From Mobula hypostoma (lineage: Eukaryota), in contig NC_086097.1 in assembly GCF_963921235.1 (NCBI RefSeq), forward strand, positions 33,668,001 to 33,732,000: a DNA stretch of 64,000 nt, given 5' to 3'. The position numbers and the translations under genes are program-made. Shown here piece after piece: positions 51,601 through 60,687 of this stretch. The notes beneath the pieces were generated by a model. It was not told the DNA's origin and made no database searches. It was given only the letters and a program-made list of their open reading frames with translations. The stretch's first letter is position 1; every line of letters begins with the position of its first letter.

Positions 51601-54600
51601 GCAGGTTGGGCAGCATCCGTGAAAATGATGAGTCGACGTTTCGGGCCAGAACCCTTCGTCAGGACTGAAGAGGGAAGGGGCAGAGGCCCTATAAAGAAGG
51701 TGGGGGAGGGTGGGAAGGAGAAGGCTGGTAGGTGCCAGGTGAAAAACCAGTAAGGGGAAAGATAAAGGGGTGGGGGAGAGGAAGCAGGGAGGTGATAGGC
51801 AGGAAAGGTGAAGAAGGAATAGGGGAAAACACAATGGGTAGTAGAAGGAGGCAGAATCATGAGGGAGGTGATAGGCAGCTGGGGGAGGGGGCAAAGTGAA
51901 ATAGGGGTAGGGGAAGGGAGGGGGAGGGAATTACCGGAAGTTGGAGAATTCTGTGTTCATACCAAGGGGCTGGAGACTACCCAGAGAGTATATAAGGTGT
52001 TGCTCCTCCAACCTGAGTTTAGCCTCATCATGGCGGTAGAGGAGGCCATGTATGGACATATCTGAATGGGAAGCAGAGTTGAAGTGGGTGGCTCCCGGGA
52101 GATCCTGTCTGTTGTGACGGACGAGGCGGAGCACTGTAGGAACTGAGCACCGTAATCAGCAGGCATAAAGCTGCACACCCTGATGCTTCTCTGTCAGTGC
52201 GGGAGCCAGCTTGAAGACGTATTGGAACAACTGCCACCAATATACCACCCGTGGAACCCGAGGAGCCAACACACTTGGCCATTGTTATTTACACAGTGAT
52301 GCACTTGACCATTGTTATTTGTATAGTGATGCAGTGACACTCCAGCAACCTCAATTTAACCCTAGCCTACTGACAGGAAAGTGTACAGTAACCAATCAAC
52401 CTACCCGTTACACCTTTGGACTGGGAGGAAACTGGAACACTCGGGGAAAACCCACACATTCCACGGGGAGGATGTACAGACTCCTTATAGAAGATGCCGG
52501 GATTGAGTTCTGAACTCTGATGCCCCAGCTGTAACAGCGCTACGCTGACTGCTATGCTGCTGTAGTGCCCACTGTACTGTGGTTATACCACAATCAAGAG
52601 TGCTCACCATGCCATCCCACACCTATACTTTGGGAAGTCTGACCACCTGGCTGTACTTCTACTCCCAGTGTATAGGCAGGGACTAAAGACTGCCCAGAAG
52701 GTAAGGTCAGGGGAGGTGCAGAAGCGCTTACAGGATTTGCCTTGAGTCGATGGACCGGACAATATTCAGATACGTCACAGCTGTCACTGACTTCAAGACC
52801 TGTGGGCATTAATGTGTGCCTTTGAGAACATAGCGGACATACCTAAACTAAAAGCCATGGATGAACCAGGAAATTTGTCATCTGAAAACCTGTGCAAACC
52901 AACTGGAGAGTGCTCAAGGACATCTTCAATCTCTTATTGCTACAGTTGAAGGTTCCTACCTACTACAAAGGGGCAACAATCACACCAGTGCCTAAGAAGA
53001 GTGCGATGAGCTGCCTCAACAACTATTGCCCAGTTGCACTCACATCTACAGCAGTGAAGTGCTTTGAGAGGTTGGTCATGGCCAGAGACAGCTCCTGCCT
53101 GAGCAAGGACCTGGACCTGCTGCAATTTGCCTATTGCCACAACAGGTCTACAGCAGATGCAATCACTAGCTCTCCACTCAGCCTTGGATCACCTGGACAA
53201 TAGTAATACCTGTGTCAGGCTGCTGTTTATTGACTACACTCATTGTCCAACACAATCATGCCCTCAATTTTAATCAACAAGCTCCAAAACTTGGGCCTCT
53301 GTACCTTCCTTTAATAGAGTGGCTATGGAGGAGAAGTTTCCTATGGTGGGAGAGTCTAATACCAGAATAGAGAGGCATCCTTTTAGAATGGAGGTGAGGA
53401 GAAATTTCTTTAGCCAGAGAGTTGTGAATCTGTGGACCTTGTTGCCACAGGCAGCCATGAGGGCCAAGTCTTTATGTATATTTAAGGCAGAGGTTAATGG
53501 ATTCTTGATTGGTCAGGGCATGAAGGGATACAGGGAAAAGGCAGGAGATGGGGTTGAGAGGAAATATGGATCAGCCATAATGAAATGGCAGATGGACTGA
53601 ATAGCCTAATTCTGCTCCTATATCTTATGGTCCCTTTGCATCTGGATCCTTGACTTTCTTATCAGGAGGCCACAGTGTGTGCAGATCAGTAATAACAGCT
53701 GCTCTTTGCTGACAGTCAACACTTTTGCAACTCAAGGATGCATGCTTAGCCCACTGCTCAATGACTGTGTGTCTCGGTATAGCTCAAATGCCAACTATAA
53801 ATTTGCTAGTGACACAACCATTGTTGGCAGAGATTCAGGTGGTGATGGGAGGGTGTACAGGAGCGAGACAGATCAGCTGGTTGAGTGGTGTCGCAGCAAC
53901 AACCTTGCACTCGATGTCAATAAGACCAAGGACTTTTGGACTTCATGAAGAGTAAGACAAGGGAACACACAACTGTCCTCAATAAGGGATCAGAAGTGGA
54001 AAGGGTGAGCTCTTTCAAGTTCCTGGGTGTCAACGTCTCTTGAGGATCTATCCTGGGCTCAATGTATTGGTGCAATTACAAAGAAGACACAACGGAGGCA
54101 ATATATCAGTAGGAGTTTGAGAAAACTTAGTATGTCACCAAAGACTCTTGCAAATTTCTACTGACACACCATGGAGAGCATTCTGACTGGCTGCATCACC
54201 GTCTGGTATGGAGGGACCAGTGCACAGGATCAGGAGAAAGCTGCAGAAGGTTGTAAACGCAACCAACACCATCATGGGCACCTTCAAAACATGTTGCCGT
54301 AAAGTGGCATCCATTATTAAGGACCCCCATCACCCAGAACATGCCCTCTACTCTTTGCTCCCATCAGCGAGGAGGTACAGAAACCTGAAGATCCACACTC
54401 AATGTTTCAGAAACAGCTTCTTCCCCTCTGCCATCAGGTTTCTGAATGGACAATGAACCCATGAACACTACCTCACTATTTTTTCCTCTCTTTTTGCACT
54501 GTGTAATTTAATTTGTATATTTAATGTAACTTATAGCTTTTATTGTTATGTATTGCAGTGTACCTCTGCCGCAAAACAATAAATTTCATGATGTATGCCA

Positions 54601-57600
54601 GTGATACTAAACTAGATTCAGATTTTGTTTCTATGATTCTGCAGGTATTTCCAGAAGCCAGAGGTAGGGGTTTATTAAATCCAATAGGAAATCCTGTAGA
54701 AACTGTGTCAGTGATTGAAATGTGGAATGCCAGCCCAAGAGCATTGGTATCTACACATTTAAGGGAGGAGGGGTATTTAAATGCCTGATGGAGAATATAA
54801 GAATGTGTTGCTGAGCATTTGATGGGAAGACTCGTGTAGAGCATGAGCCAAACGGATGCAGATGTTCTATTAGTAGTTGTTCAACATTGTTTAATGTCAT
54901 TTCCAGTACACGAGTCTAAAAGACAACAAAACATTTGTTACTCCAGGTCGATTGCAGCACACAAAAAACACAATAAGATAAAGAGCACAATAGTAAAAAA
55001 CAATAAATATAAATACGTAAGATAGCTTGTATACATCGATTGACCATAAAGTGACACTGGGCACAGGGTAGTCTGTACATGTAAATTGGCTCTGTTGGGA
55101 AATGGTAAAGTAGTGGTGGTAAAGAGTGTGGGGGGTGTTGCTGAGCCTTGCTGCTTGGGAAAGTGGATGTTTTTGAGTCTGATGGTCTTAGCATGGATGC
55201 TACGTAGCCTCCTCCCTAATGGGAGTGGGACAGACAGTCCATGAGCAGGGTGGGTGGGCTCCTACATGATATTTCTGGCCTTTTTCCAGTACCTTTCTGT
55301 ATTATATGTCCCTGATGGCAGGTATGTTGGTGCTGGTGAGGCGTTGGGCAGATCTGACTATCTGTTGTAGAATCTTCCTGCCCCTGCAGTGTAGTTTCTG
55401 TAGCGAGCAGTGATGCAACATGATAGAATACTCTACTGCGTAACTATAGAAGGTTATGAGTATTGATGTGTGTAGTCCTGCTCTCTTCAGTCTCCCCAGA
55501 AAGTAAAGGCATTGGTGAGCTTTCCTGATTGTTTAGGATGTGTTCTGTGACCACGAGAGATTATGCAAAATATGCACTCCTGGGAGTTTGAAACTGCTTA
55601 GTTTGCACTGCTGTGCTGCTGAGATAATGAAGATGTGAGTGGTGCAACTTCTCCTAAAGTCGACTATCTCCGATGTCTTGACAATGAGGAACAGGTTATT
55701 TGGCTGACACCAGGCCTCGTGCTCTTCCACCTCCCCTCTGTAGGCTGCCTCATCCTTGCTGGTGATGACTGTCATGTCATTGGCGAACTTGACGATGTGA
55801 TTATTTGGGTAATCAGCCTCCACTCACTACAGTTTTCTGAGAAAATTTGTTCTGCTTTCAGTGGAAGAAGTTAACTGTTCTTTCTTCAGCCCTTTAAATA
55901 CACTTTTTCTCTGTAGATTAATTTTAGTAGACTGTTCTGTGATCCCTGTCATATATGCCCCACCCAATGTATATCTGACTGACACAGTGCTGTCAATATA
56001 TTCTTTGTATTTAAGTACTTTAGGAGATTTTCTAGTGAATGTGGGACTCTTGCCTTCTGACTCTAAGAAAAGCATTGGCACAGAATAAAATTGTCATTGA
56101 TTGGAGACAAAAATGCTTACTAGAAAATGGATTCCTTAAAAATGTTCTTTTCTTTTTTCCCTAGACAGTGTCCCACATGAAACTGAGTGCATTTCAGGGC
56201 GCGAAGAGGGGACCCCCCAAAATGAAGCCTCCAACTGACATTGTAGATGCAGTGCCAAGCCCTGACGTTGTTCTTGCCACTCTTAAACGCAAGTACATGG
56301 CAACCAACAGCATTGAGGTGGCTCAGAAGGTTCTGGCAGAAATCAGTGAGCATCTGCAGGTGAGCATTGTACATTCCATACTTATCCATGCAGAGCCCCT
56401 TGCGGTTTATCACTTTCCCAAATTAAGGTTTAGTGAATCCTTTTGGTGTTCATAGTTTGACGCTAATGTTATTATTTTTAATGCAATGAATGGTAGTACT
56501 GTCTGTTGAACTGTGAATTGAATTGACTTTATTTCTTGCATAATTCACATACATGAGTAAAAATCTTTATGTCACGTATCTGTCCGAATGTGCAAATTAT
56601 AGAAATTTGTCATAAATAGTATGTACAATAAGATATACAGCAAAACAGTCAATATAGCTTAGAAATACAATTGTGTCAGTGTGAATTAATCAGTCTGATG
56701 GCCTGGTGGAAGAAGCTGTCTCGGAGCCTGTTGGTTCTGGCTTTTATACTGCGGTACCGTTTCCCAGATGGTAGCAGCTGGAACGGTTTGTGGATGGGGT
56801 AACTCTGGTCTCCAGTGATCCTTTGGGCCCTTTTTACACACCTATTACTGTAAATGTCCTGAATAGTGGGAAGTTCACATCTACAGATGCACTGGGCTGT
56901 CCACACCACTCTCTGCAGAGTCCTGCGATTGAGGGAAGTACAGTTCCCGTACCAGGCAGTGATGCAGCTAGTCAGGAAGTAGAAAGTCCTTAGGATTTGG
57001 GGACTGTGGACTGAATAATGGAGTTTGCTTTGACTTTTGGTCACTAAATGACTGCAAGCTGCAGATCTCAGGGCAGAGCCATTTTCTGAGCTGGGGCATT
57101 CTCCATTGATTCCTGGGTGCTCCAGAAATTGCTGAGCTGAAGCACCTGTATTTTCCAGTAATATAATGAGGTTTTGTGTGTCTAGCCTGGTCCTAGTCAT
57201 TTGTATGAGGGTGCTCACCTTAACTTTAAAAAAAAGTGAAATAACAGTAGTTTTGCTTTGAAATAGTCTAATTTTTTTAAAAAGATCATTTTCATGACAT
57301 GTTGTTGGAGGCCTGTTCAAGCAGTCCATTGGTGTGGCCTTGTCCTGCTGTCTGAGTCCTCATCGCCACTCGTTAAGTCTCACAAGTATGGCCTGTATGG
57401 GTAATATCTGAAAGATGTGAGTCAGGATACACATCTGGCTTGTTAACTGCTCCCATCTCCACAGATACTGCCTGCCTGCTGAGTATTTCCTGCATCTTCA
57501 ATCCTTATTTTTCAGTCAATGTTCAGTAAATTATTTGAAATCTGTCTCATTAGTGAAATTGACTGTTTAGATTTCTGCATAAAGAATCATAGTGACATGC

Positions 57601-60218
57601 CTTTTGACCTATGCCAACCATAAATCAGCCATCTATACTGAACCCTTTTCTGAGCACATAACACCTTCTATGTCTTGGCGACTGAAGTGCCCATCCAGAC
57701 ACTTACATGTTGTCTGGCTACCTGCCTTTGCCACCCACTCGGGTAACGTATTCTAGATTTCAGAGACACAAGAGGTTCTGCAGATGCTGGAAAGCTACAT
57801 TTATTGCTATCTATAGATGCTGCCTGACCTGCTGAGTTCCTCCAGCACATTGTGTATTATTCCAATTTCTGGGTGAAAAAGTTCCTTCTCTGATCTCTTC
57901 CACATTTCTTGCCTCTTATCCTATGCCTACTCCCTTAAGAGTTAGATACCTGTTCTGGGGAAAAGTTTCCTGCAAGCTACCTTTCCTATTCTCCTGGCAA
58001 TTTTGCATACCATTATTTGAACACCTTTCCAAGGAAACCAAACCTATTCAGTCCTTATAAATGAAACGCTCTATCACAGCAATAACTAATGGAGGTTCAA
58101 GAGATGTTTCGGACAAGACGCTTCATCAGGGTCTCCCTCAAATCCTTCAAGAGACCCTCCAAGCCCTGATGAAGAGTCTCAGCCCGAAATGTCGATTTTT
58201 ATTTATTCACTTCTGTAGATGCTGCCTGACCTGCTGAGTTCCTCCAACAATTTGTGTGTTGCTCTGGGTTTCCAGCATCTGCAGAATCTACTGTGTTTAT
58301 GCTGGAGGAACCCAGCCGTTTGAGCAGCTTACGGATTGGGGAGGAATTGTTGATGTTCCAGGTCAAAGCCATGCAACAGTCCTACTTCACCGATGCATCC
58401 ATTCTCTTGCAGAGAAAAAGAATAATTCAGGAGTCCATGAGGAAGATAGTTTCCATTGTTACAGGATCTGAGGAACGAACAGAACGGATTCTAAATTCTC
58501 GAAATCGTATCTACAATCACACATGCTATCAAGCTGCAAATTACTATTTCAAAACCCGCTGCTTCAACTGGCACTCGATACTTGTAAGTATCTAATTTCA
58601 CTGGAAAAATTATTTTTTGTTTACAATGAGAAACCTACCACATGTTAGTTTGTTTTTTCTTGGTGGGGGGGGCATTTTCGGGATCTCGGTTTGGAGAAGT
58701 CATTGTCATCAGTATGCAGCCAAGGGAATTTCCTTTGTAGTACAGCAGTTTAAAAAAATTGTTGGGTTAGAACTTGCTGAGGCAACTTTGCATGGAACTA
58801 CTGGCCGTATTTTAAAGTCAGTGCACTTGGAGCAGTTATGATGGCAAATGCTGGCCTTGTGCCAGATTAGACCGTGAGCCAATCTATTTGAATAGAGAAA
58901 AACAGCTTCAAGGGAGATGAGGAACATACAATAACTTAAATGTTAGCTGAATGTATTGAGGGCACTTAACTATGTTTTTAAGAATTTTGACATTCCCAAT
59001 TAGACTATTTTAATTGACTCATTTAAAAAATAATTTTATGACTGTAAAGGGCATATGGGCAGGTTCCACTATGACCAAGTAGCCAGCTGTCTATAGTTTT
59101 TCTGCCTTTTTGTGAGTGGGGCTTGTCCTGTCCTGTGCATTATATTGCACAACCCTGCTGCTTCAGAAGGTGACAGCTTTTGTAAGTGAATTGGTGCTTT
59201 TAGATTTAAGAAAGGTAAGGTTATATCACTTCCATTAACAGATAACAGGTGCAGTCCAGCAAAAGCTAAATTTATGTTAGCTTGCAATGATGTAGTAATC
59301 ATGAGACACTGAAAGTCATGAGTGGGTAATACATGCACATAAATCTTCTGGTGTTTCCATTGTACTGTCAATTTCTCAAAGTTCCCTCCTAGACATCATC
59401 CAAAAGGCACCTTGCTCACTAAATACTGCCTTCTTGTTTGATCATGGGGCTCCCCCATTGCATGGTGTAGTCTTGTCATCTGCGGCCACTCTAAATGGAA
59501 TTCACAGATTATTGACCTGTATCAGAGATTCTCTGGACTCCTATTTCCTTGGCTTGTAAATGGTAATTAATCTTGATGTGTGTTGCTCAATGCCTAATGA
59601 TTGTTTTTGTCTGGAATCATGTACACCATCCTTGTGAATCTTTTCTGTATTCTCTCTAGTGTGGTGACATCGTTCCTATCGCGAGGCAATCAGAACTGCA
59701 CATAATACCCTTTCTTTATTAATAATGCTACTTTTTCCTTTCTGTTTGCAGAATGAGTATGCACTGAGACAACTTTATGCTTTAGTCAATCTTTGTGAAG
59801 AAGGTTTCTCAATAAACAGGTAATGTTTTCTGTTTTGATTTTTATCACGATGTATTTCATTACAGTCCAATGGCTTTATCTCAAATGTTTGGAAAACCTT
59901 GTAACCAACAAATTAAAATATTCTTTATTATAGTGATGTAAATAACATGATGAAAAGTAAGTTAGAGAAAAAAAAACAAACTGGTCTGACACAAGGCCGC
60001 AACTTTTTTTACATGCATTGTAGTGCTGTTGGCCACATTTTCTGAGCATTTCACTTTTTTCATGCCCCACCCTGAACACTGTCCCGCTTGTGCTTTTTGT
60101 ATGTTTAATATATCAATTCCTTGTATTAAAATTTCTAGGAATATTTTGAACTGACTATTGCATCCCCTTTTACAGTATTCTTCACGCCATGGATAAAGTA
60201 TGCCTTGTGAGGAGTTAA
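18497..60218 (+). CDS. LGMN: Legumain (asparaginyl endopeptidase, peptidase C13), whole spliced CDS span: 13 coding exons, 434 aa
   Basis: Hand-spliced exons of 147+98+82+86+76+63+67+119+90+195+171+68+43 = 1305 nt, open to TAA at 60216-60218. All introns are GT-AG with matching phases. Motifs: [33 protein letters not shown] (catalytic His), [10 protein letters not shown] (catalytic Cys), [26 protein letters not shown] cysteines. Confidence 0.97.
19103..19362 (-). mobile_element. 3' end of a LINE (Rex1/RTE-like), short-repeat tail
   Basis: tcatagtcatagtcata tail; minus strand encodes [13 protein letters not shown]. Confidence 0.65.
20943..21040 (+). CDS. LGMN: LGMN coding exon 2: [32 protein letters not shown]
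   Basis: ccag| acceptor, GA|gtaagt donor, 98 nt. Confidence 0.96.
21130..21211 (+). CDS. LGMN: LGMN coding exon 3: (E)[27 protein letters not shown]
   Basis: ttgacag| acceptor after an 89-nt intron; GAG|gtaacc donor; 82 nt. Confidence 0.96.
21288..21467. repeat. Tandem duplication, two copies of ~90 bp
   Basis: ttacatatttac...caaggaa at 21288-21378 and 21379-21467, differing by two substitutions and a 2-bp indel. Confidence 0.9.
22218..22303 (+). CDS. LGMN: LGMN coding exon 4: [28 protein letters not shown](S), contains RGD
   Basis: catacag| acceptor, AG|gtaata donor, 86 nt. Confidence 0.96.
22870..24365 (+). mobile_element. 5'-truncated CR1 LINE
   Basis: [41 protein letters not shown]; (t)aaatgc TSD on both flanks. 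Confidence 0.92.
24730..26500 (+). mobile_element. Decayed Penelope-like element (RT region)
   Basis: FYLLPKI.K...[23 protein letters not shown] with frameshifts. Confidence 0.88.
26560..27180 (-). mobile_element. Rex1/Babar-like LINE fragment
   Basis: DFRKGK...[17 protein letters not shown]. Confidence 0.8.
27635..27710 (+). CDS. LGMN: LGMN coding exon 5: [25 protein letters not shown] (catalytic His)
   Basis: ttttcgtag| acceptor, GAT|gtgagt donor, 76 nt. Confidence 0.96.
27788..27854. mobile_element. 67-bp hAT-type MITE
   Basis: TIRs CAGGGTTTCCCA / TGGGAACCCCTG; diverged 8-bp flanks gtcTAaat / accTAaac. Confidence 0.65.
28583..28891 (+). mobile_element. tRNA-derived SINE
   Basis: A box TGGCGCATTG, B box GGTTCGAATCC, (ca/cg)n and A tail, flanked by AGAAACAT duplication; related copy at 50270-50430 (-). 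Confidence 0.82.
28892..29417 (-). mobile_element. CR1 3' fragment
   Basis: ORF 28969-29238; (agaaacat)n tail. Confidence 0.9.
29584..29646 (+). CDS. LGMN: LGMN coding exon 6: [21 protein letters not shown]
   Basis: ctttttcag| acceptor, AAG|gtacta donor, 63 nt. Confidence 0.95.
31107..31173 (+). CDS. LGMN: LGMN coding exon 7: [22 protein letters not shown] (catalytic Cys)
   Basis: ccacag| acceptor, G|gtatga donor, 67 nt. Confidence 0.96.
31280..32503 (-). mobile_element. CR1 LINE fragment (second subfamily)
   Basis: ORFs 31363-32127 and 32270-32491 ([25 protein letters not shown]). Confidence 0.92.
33190..36460 (+). mobile_element. Long decayed CR1 (ORF1 remnant, endonuclease, RT)
   Basis: [32 protein letters not shown], multiple stops and frameshifts. 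Confidence 0.88.
36611..37730 (-). mobile_element. Rex1-like 3' end, split by a CR1; itself inside another CR1 3' end (36464-37850)
   Basis: gaatcagaatcagg tail at 36611; sequence resumes at 37561. Confidence 0.72.
36784..37560 (-). mobile_element. CR1 3' fragment
   Basis: ORF 37164-37568; acatagaaacatagaaa tail. Confidence 0.9.
38053..38910 (-). repeat. 3' LTR
   Basis: TGTTACG...CGTAACA; near-identical to 42059-42916; adjacent to PPT. Confidence 0.95.
39083..41077 (-). CDS. Gag C-terminus (CCHC knuckle), aspartic protease and remnants of integrase and RT; same frame as upstream gag
   Basis: [22 protein letters not shown]...[37 protein letters not shown]...[22 protein letters not shown]; no YxDD or DDE core. 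Confidence 0.85.
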   Translation of the reverse strand: MRPYLDEKEAATLAATAKLADEYALTHKMKFALSKGYQKGSQDGGESPPEKSESKPGTSEKDKVDREQSGRKSPGVVCYNCGKVGHFASRCFAPRKETGKGKAEILNGCIELLREPLGKDRSEKVQEGRERFISAGLVSVKERLKPVPVRIWRDTGACQSLILKSVLEFSSETQTGEVEVKGVGEGTESVPLHQIHLQSNLVSGLVTIGVRSELPMKDVEVLLGNDIAGGIVFPVVRLTGQPASIEAPPMDSQVHHGAAVVNLAVVVNLAETFLPTLYETGCSEIRGSEGAGTDVAVARKEFVQTQERDEGLMVFAETALSDTALTSYCAAEEVLRKKGKSRTVSADEEWGVVQKSYGDEVFNMAHEVLPGGHFAVLEETVGGIMKESYRLPRGKNVIDHDRRELRRSPAFDMLTNLVGVSVEINEARGPLIRGKNHFEKIRMGSDRWENAIVLARSTDKVSPLIPEQSESLEGVIKRLAPMCLIVPRKCKELGRWVMSVTIGQPSKEHSYILSNSVTKGLMTTEVCIGNLIRLSEASLIVNLEKNEFGHTRVTYLGIVVTQGQLAVMQATVQAIADLPTPTDKRALRRLLEMVGYCRKFCNNSAVNTRPPPTKPLREKTEPEWDDPCCCGPGQNQMRGYIGRNSSVFLATMKFAELEPGLRDY
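41102..41959 (-). CDS. Gag N-terminal part (coiled coil, capsid/SCAN-like), ended by an in-frame TAG
   Basis: [50 protein letters not shown]. Confidence 0.85.
   Translation of the reverse strand: MEVEEFIKAPTLEALEDARKSELIAVAKRLNLAKVKSTMRREEIHRAIVEHYVSKGVFPQGELGVVSIEKPAGDAVQVQLEKLRLEHEFRVRQLEHEERELERQERERQLEREEKERDRQLEREEKQREREFELEKLRIRAEQGLVLNQGGGFRATQEVRLVPPFDDTDVDRYFLHFEKVAISQDWPRDKWVVLLQSVLKGKAQEAYSALSAEDAQRYEVVKEAILRIYELVPEAYRQRFQNARKQRDRTYLEFAREMQTYCERWCASKGVEGDYDRLLQLILIE
42059..42916 (-). repeat. 5' LTR
   Basis: TGTTACG...CGTAACA; adjacent to PBS. Confidence 0.95.
43187..43759. mobile_element. Probable solo LTR of a different family
   Basis: TGTAAC...GTTACA termini, ~570 bp; TSD not clean (ccaa vs caga). 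Confidence 0.5.
44184..44302 (+). CDS. LGMN: LGMN coding exon 8: (V)[39 protein letters not shown]
   Basis: ttacag| acceptor, GCG|gtatgt donor, 119 nt. Confidence 0.96.
44420..44840 (-). mobile_element. Old CR1 3' fragment
   Basis: [16 protein letters not shown] remnant and CR1-type 3' UTR. Confidence 0.7.
45249..49844 (+). mobile_element. hAT (Charlie/Buster-type) DNA transposon, internally deleted, carrying a CR1 insertion
   Basis: TIRs CAGTGGTCCCCAA / TTGGGGACCCCTG; perfect 8-bp TSD TGTTAGAT (45241-45248, 49845-49852); BED finger (RKYDESY...[23 protein letters not shown]); C-terminal [12 protein letters not shown]...QAQGSH*. Confidence 0.93.
45284..48297 (+). mobile_element. Young CR1 with near-complete ORF2 (APE endonuclease and RT), inactivated by stops and a micro-inversion
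   Basis: NARS, ETWL, YYRPP, GDFN, SDH, KSPGPD, DFSKAFD, GVPQG, KFADD; 6-bp TSD TGCTAC (45278-45283, 48298-48303). Confidence 0.94.
49963..50052 (+). CDS. LGMN: LGMN coding exon 9: [30 protein letters not shown]
   Basis: tttttcag| acceptor, ATG|gtaagg donor, 90 nt. Confidence 0.96.
50270..50430 (-). mobile_element. tRNA-derived SINE fragment
   Basis: Reverse complement shares GGTTCGAATCC and ctttccatccgtgctgg with 28583-28891. Confidence 0.75.
51537..52137 (-). mobile_element. Penelope-like 3' fragment
   Basis: ORF 51931-52134 ([18 protein letters not shown]); terminal hammerhead. Confidence 0.88.
51631..51666 (-). ncRNA. Minimal type I hammerhead ribozyme motif
   Basis: Minus strand AGTC-CTGACGA-AGGG(ttctgg)CCC-GAAA-CGTC-GACT. 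Confidence 0.78.
52345..52570 (-). mobile_element. V-SINE-like element
   Basis: Reverse complement has the V-domain-like gagtctgtacatcctccccgtg...gtgggttttccccgagtgttccagtttcctccca. Confidence 0.65.
52575..54625 (+). mobile_element. Decayed Rex1/Babar-like LINE with nested CR1 3' end (~53310-53630)
   Basis: [38 protein letters not shown]1 insert [13 protein letters not shown]. Confidence 0.88.
54870..55830 (-). mobile_element. Older Rex1-like LINE fragment
   Basis: [21 protein letters not shown] remnants. Confidence 0.72.
56165..56359 (+). CDS. LGMN: LGMN coding exon 10 (activation peptide): [65 protein letters not shown]
   Basis: Long pyrimidine tract then ctag|; CAG|gtgagc donor; 195 nt; PSPDV motif. 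Confidence 0.94.
56510..56975 (-). mobile_element. Rex1-like LINE 3' end
   Basis: [10 protein letters not shown]...[12 protein letters not shown]...RLRDSFF.QAIRL. Confidence 0.85.
57430..58360. mobile_element. Cluster of Penelope terminal remnants in both orientations, mixed with old CR1 3' sequence
   Basis: Repeated gatgctgcctgacctgctgagttcctcc motif (57815, 58217) and hammerhead-like cores. Confidence 0.65.
58413..58583 (+). CDS. LGMN: LGMN coding exon 11 (LSAM domain): [57 protein letters not shown]
   Basis: ctcttgcag| acceptor, CTT|gtaagt donor, 171 nt; CFNWH motif. Confidence 0.94.
59752..59819 (+). CDS. LGMN: LGMN coding exon 12: [22 protein letters not shown]
   Basis: tgtttgcag| acceptor, AG|gtaatg donor, 68 nt. 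Confidence 0.95.
60176..60218 (+). CDS. LGMN: LGMN last coding exon: (S)[13 protein letters not shown]
   Basis: cccctttttacag| acceptor in the required phase; MDKVC matches the mammalian MDHVC terminus and supplies the fourth LSAM cysteine. Confidence 0.93.
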
Positions 60219-60681
60219 AATGCACTGGACTGAACATGCAGAAAATTTTATTCTATTTTGATTTGGAGCTTCAAGGATTAGAAATGATGGAACAGATCTG
60301 TTAATTCGCTGTGGAACACCATTCTCTTATAATATTGCTTCTTTTCATAAATCTTGATTTTCATACTATTTCTGCACAAAGTTTACTCAGATTGCCTTAC
60401 CGATGGGAAATTAATTTTCTGCGATTATGCACCTTGGTTAGCCAAAGATGGATTCCCTTGATCGTTTTAATGCTCGTTGTATGTAACCGGGGAAAGCACT
60501 AATAACCACTATGTTAATGTTACTGTCCTCAAAATACATGTATGCATAAAAACAATGTATAAACCAATGAACTGAGAAAAAACCTTCCTCACGTCCATTG
60601 AAGATATTTGATATGACCAGAGTGAAAATGTTGACAATTGCATACATTCCTACCTCTAACAGGATTATTAAATGCAATTTG

Positions 60682-60687
60682 AATAAA
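60682..60687 (+). terminator. Candidate LGMN polyadenylation signal (AATAAA)
   Basis: First canonical AATAAA I see after the stop (~460 nt downstream), followed by GT/T-rich sequence. Confidence 0.5.

Noticed and set aside
56676..57329. 217-aa minus-strand ORF
   Set aside because: Chance read-in from intron sequence into a Rex1 3' fragment.
60269..60304. LEMMEQIC* peptide resembling the legumain C-terminus
   Set aside because: No acceptor in the required phase; it lies in the 3' UTR.
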